Shown one piece after another: positions 59,763 to 64,000 of a stretch of DNA of 64,000 nt; position 1 is the first letter of the stretch; the number at the start of each line of letters is the position of its first letter. Position numbers and translations under genes: made by a program. The stretch comes from Acidimicrobiia bacterium UBA2766 (lineage in GTDB: Bacteria; Actinomycetota; Acidimicrobiia; UBA2766). The DNA is taken from assembly GCA_002352645.1 (NCBI GenBank), contig DEIU01000102.1, positions 22,761-86,760 of the forward strand. Direction: 5' to 3'. The notes under the pieces were generated by a model, which searched no databases, was not told where the DNA came from, and saw only the letters and a list, made by a program, of their open reading frames with translations.

Positions 59763-60728
59763 ATGGCAAGTATGGATTATCCGGCGACGCGTTCCGTTCT
59801 TTCAACCGAGTACACAGTTTCTCGCTCGAAGCTTTTCCGTCATTTCATCTTCGGATTTGTGATGGGGTCAGCGGATATTGTCCCGGGGGTGTCTGGCGGC
59901 ACAATGGCGCTGATCCTGGGGATCTATGAGCGTTTTGTGCGGGCGGTAGGCGATGGGGCTCGTATGATCGCGTCTTTTGTCTTCTTGCGTCCGCGCGAAG
60001 GACAAGAGCGTTTTCGTGCTTTGGAGTGGAGTCTTGTTCTCCCGCTTGGGATGGGAATTCTCACAGCCCTTGGTGCGATGGCATGGATACTTGATTATTT
60101 CCTTGAAGAGTATCCTGTTTACACGGGCGCTGCTTTTTTTGGTCTGGTGGCGGCGTCGTTGCAAGTGCCATGGGGCCGGCGTGTGGAGCGTCCTCGGGTA
60201 CATCTTTTTCTTGCTGCGGCGTCCGCGTTACTCGCTTTTACGATTTTGGGTTTTTCTGAGAGTACCGGCGAAGAAGAAATCAGTACGCTTAAGTTTCTGA
60301 TGTCGGGCGCTTTGGCGAGCTGTGCCATGATTCTGCCCGGTGTTTCGGGTGCTTTTCTTTTGGAAGTCATGGGTGTATATGAAGCAGCGATCGACGCACT
60401 GAAAGAGCTCGATATTGTCGTTCTCGCGAGTGTGGGTATGGGTGCTCTCGTCGGGCTTGGTGGATTTTCTCAGTTTTTGAAGTGGGCGCTCGAACGGCAT
60501 CATGATGTGGCAATGGTTGTGCTTGCCGGACTGATGGCGGGATCCTTGCGGGCTTTGTGGCCTTGGCAGTCTGACGAGATTGGGAAAGGGGCCGACCTGC
60601 AGATGCCTGCTTGGGAGGGCAGCACTTTTCTCGCCTTGCTTGTCTCGTGTATTGCTGTGTCTTTTGTGTTTGGTCTGTTACGTTTTGCGAGTGAGACAGA
60701 AGATGCTGCGGCGAGAGATGATGCGTGA
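59763..60728 (+). CDS. DUF368-family membrane protein (candidate undecaprenyl-phosphate translocase family)
   Basis: Twice-repeated GVSGGTMALILG / LPGVSGAFLL motif. ATG at 59763; the ORF track's upstream extension overlaps yajQ antisense. Confidence 0.8.
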   Translation: MASMDYPATRSVLSTEYTVSRSKLFRHFIFGFVMGSADIVPGVSGGTMALILGIYERFVRAVGDGARMIASFVFLRPREGQERFRALEWSLVLPLGMGILTALGAMAWILDYFLEEYPVYTGAAFFGLVAASLQVPWGRRVERPRVHLFLAAASALLAFTILGFSESTGEEEISTLKFLMSGALASCAMILPGVSGAFLLEVMGVYEAAIDALKELDIVVLASVGMGALVGLGGFSQFLKWALERHHDVAMVVLAGLMAGSLRALWPWQSDEIGKGADLQMPAWEGSTFLALLVSCIAVSFVFGLLRFASETEDAAARDDA

Positions 60729-60758
60729 AGAACAGTAAGAAACCCCTTTCTGCTCAGC

Positions 60759-61601
60759 ATGCCAAGGGCAATCGGTTCTTTTGATGGGATATGCAAAGGG
60801 CATGTAGGCTGCTTGGGAAGAGGCGCATACCGGAGGGTACAGCGCAGAGCCGACCGGAATCTCTCGCAGTGCAAAGCGTCTTTCCCCGGCAGTTTCGTCT
60901 TTCGTTTGCTGAGTGCCGGGTTTTTGCTGCGAGATGTCAACGACAGGTCTGATGTGCGAGACGATGTGAGAAGGGCGCTGTTTCTTCTCGGTATTTCCGG
61001 AGTGCTGACAGGACTGGTTGTCCTGCCCGGGGTATTGGATATACTTCAGCGTACAGTGGATGATCCCTGGCACCGTCTGATGCTCTCCTGGCACAGTGAC
61101 ATCGGTTTGGATGTGGCGCGTTTTTTCCGTCTTTTTGGTCAGCGACCTCTGTCAGTCTTGTGTTATGTCCTCTTCGGGATGTTCTTGTATGTGCGAGGGC
61201 ATCGTCGGGAAATGTGGATGCTTACCGGTGTCGTCGTCTTCGTGAGTGTGAGTGTTGTGCTCGGGAAGATCGTTATCGGACGTCCGCGTCCGCTTGATCA
61301 GGTTATTTTTACTGAGGGAAAGGCGTTTCCTTCAGGGCATGCAGCTTTTGCCGGAGCTTTGGCAATGGCCTTGTGGCTGTGGGCAGGATGTCGGAAGAAC
61401 TGGTGGAAAGGTTTGCTGCTATTTTTTGCGATTGGTATGGCCTGGAGTCGAACTTATTTGCGTGCACACTGGCTGTCCGACACGCTGGCGGGTTTGGCCT
61501 GGGGTGCAGGGGTGGTGGAATTTTGCGTTCTCGTGGTGCAGGGAAGAGGAGAGAGGGAGAGAGATATTCTCAACCTGTATTCTGCGCCTCAAGAACAGTA
61601 A
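60759..61601 (+). CDS. PAP2-family phosphatase (undecaprenyl-diphosphatase-like)
   Basis: KIVIGRPRP ... PSGH ... SRTYLRAHWLSD (KxxxxxxRP - PSGH - SRxxxxxHxxxD). The first ~50 aa are non-membrane, so the true start may be downstream. Confidence 0.75.
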   Translation: MPRAIGSFDGICKGHVGCLGRGAYRRVQRRADRNLSQCKASFPGSFVFRLLSAGFLLRDVNDRSDVRDDVRRALFLLGISGVLTGLVVLPGVLDILQRTVDDPWHRLMLSWHSDIGLDVARFFRLFGQRPLSVLCYVLFGMFLYVRGHRREMWMLTGVVVFVSVSVVLGKIVIGRPRPLDQVIFTEGKAFPSGHAAFAGALAMALWLWAGCRKNWWKGLLLFFAIGMAWSRTYLRAHWLSDTLAGLAWGAGVVEFCVLVVQGRGERERDILNLYSAPQEQ

Positions 61602-61998
61602 GTCCGACTTCTTGCCCGTAGGCGAGCTCAAGATTATGACCATCTGGACCTTGAATAATGCCCCAGTATCCTACGGGATGCCCGGCATCGAATGGTCCGC
61701 TTGTTTGCCAGTTTTCTGTTTGCGCGAGAGATAAAAGACGATCCACTTCTGCGCGGCTTTCACAGCCGACGCCGAGATGCCCCCAACCTCCCAGGGGAAA
61801 AGAGACCTTCTCCATTTCAATCAAAACGATGACGAAGGGACGAGTAAGGTCGCTCATCCATAAGACTTTTTTTCCTGAATTTTTGTCAGCTCTTGAGTGG
61901 ATAACGCTCATCCTTGCAAAAGTTTCGTAGAATTTTTGCGTTTGGTCTGGCTTCGTGATTCCCAGTGCTATGTGGGTTATGCCCTTGTCTGTTGCCAT
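61570..61998 (-). CDS. glyoxalase/VOC family protein
   Basis: ITHIALGITKPDQTQKFY ... HLGVGCESRAEVD. ATG at 61998 preferred. Confidence 0.55.
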   Translation of the reverse strand: MATDKGITHIALGITKPDQTQKFYETFARMSVIHSRADKNSGKKVLWMSDLTRPFVIVLIEMEKVSFPLGGWGHLGVGCESRAEVDRLLSLAQTENWQTSGPFDAGHPVGYWGIIQGPDGHNLELAYGQEVGLTVLEAQNTG

Positions 61999-62716
61999 TT
62001 GTTGCCTCCCGGGGAAAGCTTGGCTTTGCTTGCCTACGGCTTCTGGGACACGGTAGCAGGCGAAAAGCGGTCTCTCCCCTCTAATCTGCACTTTTGCTGT
62101 CGGGAATGTTCGGGTAATGGGAAACGCTGTGGGGGAAGGCCGAAGCGCTCTGGGGAGAGGGACAAGTTATGTGGGGTCAGAAGGTTCTCAGGGAAACGAG
62201 ATGGGCTGTGTTGGGTCGAGTTTGGGATCGGTGTCAGGACTTCTGCTGTGCGCACCCCATGAACTGCTGATATATGAAATGACATTACTTGTGATGTATG
62301 TCGGAACTGCCGATGGTCGAGGTATGACAGGTCCTATAAAATAGTGTTCTGCTTTGCCTTCGTACTTTGTTGGGTAATTTTTGTTCCTTGTCCTCTCTGC
62401 AGAAAAAGCAGCAACGGGGTGTGTTTTTCGGCGGGTGAGGTGATGAGAGAAAGCAAAGTGAGTCGGCTCATTCTGCTGGAGAAGCCTTCTTGGCATTGTT
62501 CTCTATATGGGGAAATAAGTATTTGACCGGGGTCAGATATGTAATTGGACCTTCGTTGGTCTTTCACTGGAGCCTTCTGTTGTCCAGAAGCAGAATTTTT
62601 TTTTGATTCTTCTTTTATCCCTCTCAAAAGAGTCCTGGGAGCAGGGTCTTGTTTTTGGTTCTGGATAGGGGTTGGCCTGGGAAAATCTCCTTGTGGTAGC
62701 GCGTGAGATAAGTCAC

Positions 62717-62748
62717 GGACGGGCGAAGAAGCGCTTCTTCGCCCGTCC
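62717..62748. repeat. perfect 32-bp palindrome GGACGGGCGAAGAAGC|GCTTCTTCGCCCGTCC
   Basis: Read directly. It has no loop and no T tail, and sits inside an ORF-poor ~1 kb stretch. Confidence 0.9.
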
Positions 62749-63109
62749 GGAGAGACTGGTGCGCCAAGACACGAGAAAACGTTATTGCTACGGTGTGAGC
62801 AGGGAAATGTCCTGCAGCTAGGAAGAAGGATCACGTGTTGGAGGGGGGAAGAACGGGGTTCAAGAGACCGCAGAATGTGGGGCATTCCGTGTCGTGAGAC
62901 GTCTGTGGCTGTTTCTCTTCCGAGAAGCAGAAGGAGGACACGGGGACGGGTGCAGTGCGGATCCCCTTTTTCCCGGAACCAAGCACTTTTTCCACAGGAC
63001 TTCCTCTTTGAGCCGTGTCCTGGTCCCTGTGCTGGTGCGACAGGTCTGAACTGGTATGATCGAAGTGACATGGGGTAAAGAAGAGGTCATGACACTGCGA
63101 AGATTCGCT

Positions 63110-63958
63110 TCATGTTTCCTTTGTGCCCTCAGTGTGGTCCTGGTTCATGACCCTCTGGCGCCGTTTTAATTTGCGGAATTGGCGTGCGGTGAGGACACTA
63201 CGTATTTCCATACTGGCGTCTTCTATTGTCCGTACGCGATTTTCGAGTTCTTTGTTGTGCTTTCTCGAAATTTCGAGAAGTTCACTGGCATGACGCAGCT
63301 CGGATTCGAGTCTGGTTTCAAGCTGCGTGTTTTTTGCGAGAGCTTCTTGGGTGCGTTTGCGTTCTTCTGCCGTTTCGAGGATGCGACGCTCTCGTTCCTC
63401 GTTCCCGGAGACAAGTTCAAGGCGCCGGTGCTCTCGTTCCGTCCGTAGATCTTCTGAGAGTCTTGCGATCAAACTCACGAGATCAGAGAGGTCCTCTGCT
63501 GAAGGACCTACGGGTGTGTGGGGATCTTCTTTTTCTGCCTTTTCCTCGTTGCCGGTTCGTTTCCACATTGCGTCGAGCGCGACGACAGGAATGCGCCACT
63601 CCTCGCCACGTGGCCCAGGAACTTTGTGCGCTCCTGGGATACGGCCTTGGGCAAGTCGACGTTTGAGAGTTGTTTTCGAGACATCGTATGTCTCAATTGC
63701 ATCACCAAGCGTCAGGAGAGTGCCTGAGCCGTCAGGAGTGCGGATATCGATGACAGTACGAGGTGCTGGAGTGGTTTTTCCGGCGGGGAGGAGTTGGTCA
63801 ACCATGATCTGTAGTGTGCCATGATTTTGGGAGGTTTGAACAGAACCCCATTCTAGCTGGTCTTTTCTCTGCGGATAGGGGTCGTGGACCGGGTCCAAGG
63901 TTCCTTCTATGCAGAAGGGCGACTCTCCTTTTTCGTCGTGTCCGTCTCTTTTTTCCAC
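63110..63958 (-). CDS. HTH_17 (excisionase/MerR-like) DNA-binding protein with coiled-coil C-terminal region
   Basis: ETYDVSKTTLKRRLAQGRIPGAHKV...EEWRIPVVAL helix-turn-helix pattern, then a charged heptad-rich tail. Confidence 0.5.
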   Translation of the reverse strand: MEKRDGHDEKGESPFCIEGTLDPVHDPYPQRKDQLEWGSVQTSQNHGTLQIMVDQLLPAGKTTPAPRTVIDIRTPDGSGTLLTLGDAIETYDVSKTTLKRRLAQGRIPGAHKVPGPRGEEWRIPVVALDAMWKRTGNEEKAEKEDPHTPVGPSAEDLSDLVSLIARLSEDLRTEREHRRLELVSGNEERERRILETAEERKRTQEALAKNTQLETRLESELRHASELLEISRKHNKELENRVRTIEDASMEIRSVLTARQFRKLKRRQRVMNQDHTEGTKET

Positions 63959-64000
63959 GGACTTCCTGATGAACTTCCTTTTGATTAATCGCGCTCGAAT

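Noticed and set aside
62334-63071. 245-aa minus-strand ORF
   Set aside because: Low-complexity Ser/Pro/Arg-rich translation with no motif or RBS. Treated as non-coding, and the region is flagged instead.
1-64000. CRISPR arrays, rRNA/tRNA genes, transposases, integrases
   Set aside because: No regularly spaced repeat-spacer arrays, no tRNA cloverleaf candidates, and no ORF with DDE or tyrosine-recombinase motifs were found on either strand.

Overview
The window holds about 45 mostly well-supported bacterial genes on both strands, at roughly 55-58% GC with only moderate GC3 bias. No rRNA, tRNA, CRISPR array, transposase or integrase was found. Genes in order: a 5'-truncated acyl-CoA dehydrogenase; a tandem-VOC protein with a methylmalonyl-CoA-epimerase-like first domain; an FrhB/FdhB-family Fe-S flavoprotein; an MFS exporter; a polyprenyl synthase; a 1909-aa single-chain BC-BCCP-CT acyl-CoA carboxylase (LCC-type); a CinA-N-like MoCF-binding protein; a glyoxalase-fold protein; an alkaline-phosphatase-superfamily phosphodiesterase; an FNO/Npd-family NADP oxidoreductase; a minimal class III nucleotidyl cyclase; an archaeal/eukaryotic-type ProRS; a complete pstSCAB operon followed by a PhoU-domain-fused histidine kinase and an OmpR-type response regulator; an alpha/beta hydrolase; an AAA_16-TPR protein without HTH; a Rieske protein; two large proteins with no recognisable motif (671 and 401 aa); a GT4 glycosyltransferase; a RibBA whose GTP cyclohydrolase II half lacks the zinc cysteines (RibBX-like); a TPR protein; an SNF2 helicase - small ORF - gdhA string; a LysM protein; a DUF971 protein; two tandem coiled-coil M23 peptidase paralogs sharing a near-identical ~330-bp 3' segment; ilvD; an APH-like kinase; a tandem UspA; a FetAB-like ABC pair; a DUF2510 + scramblase-like protein; a lipoprotein; YajQ - DUF368 - PAP2; and an HTH_17 protein next to a ~1 kb ORF-poor stretch containing a perfect 32-bp palindrome. 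Domain content (DUF2510, LCC, PhoU/SenX3-RegX3-like logic) hints at an actinobacterial-type genome, but the short ProRS with C-terminal Tyr and the weak codon bias argue against a classical high-GC actinomycete, so phylum is left open. Starts labelled M in the ORF track are often GTG or TTG; several N-termini were re-placed on internal ATGs with Shine-Dalgarno support. All domain calls are motif recognition by eye; no searches were run.
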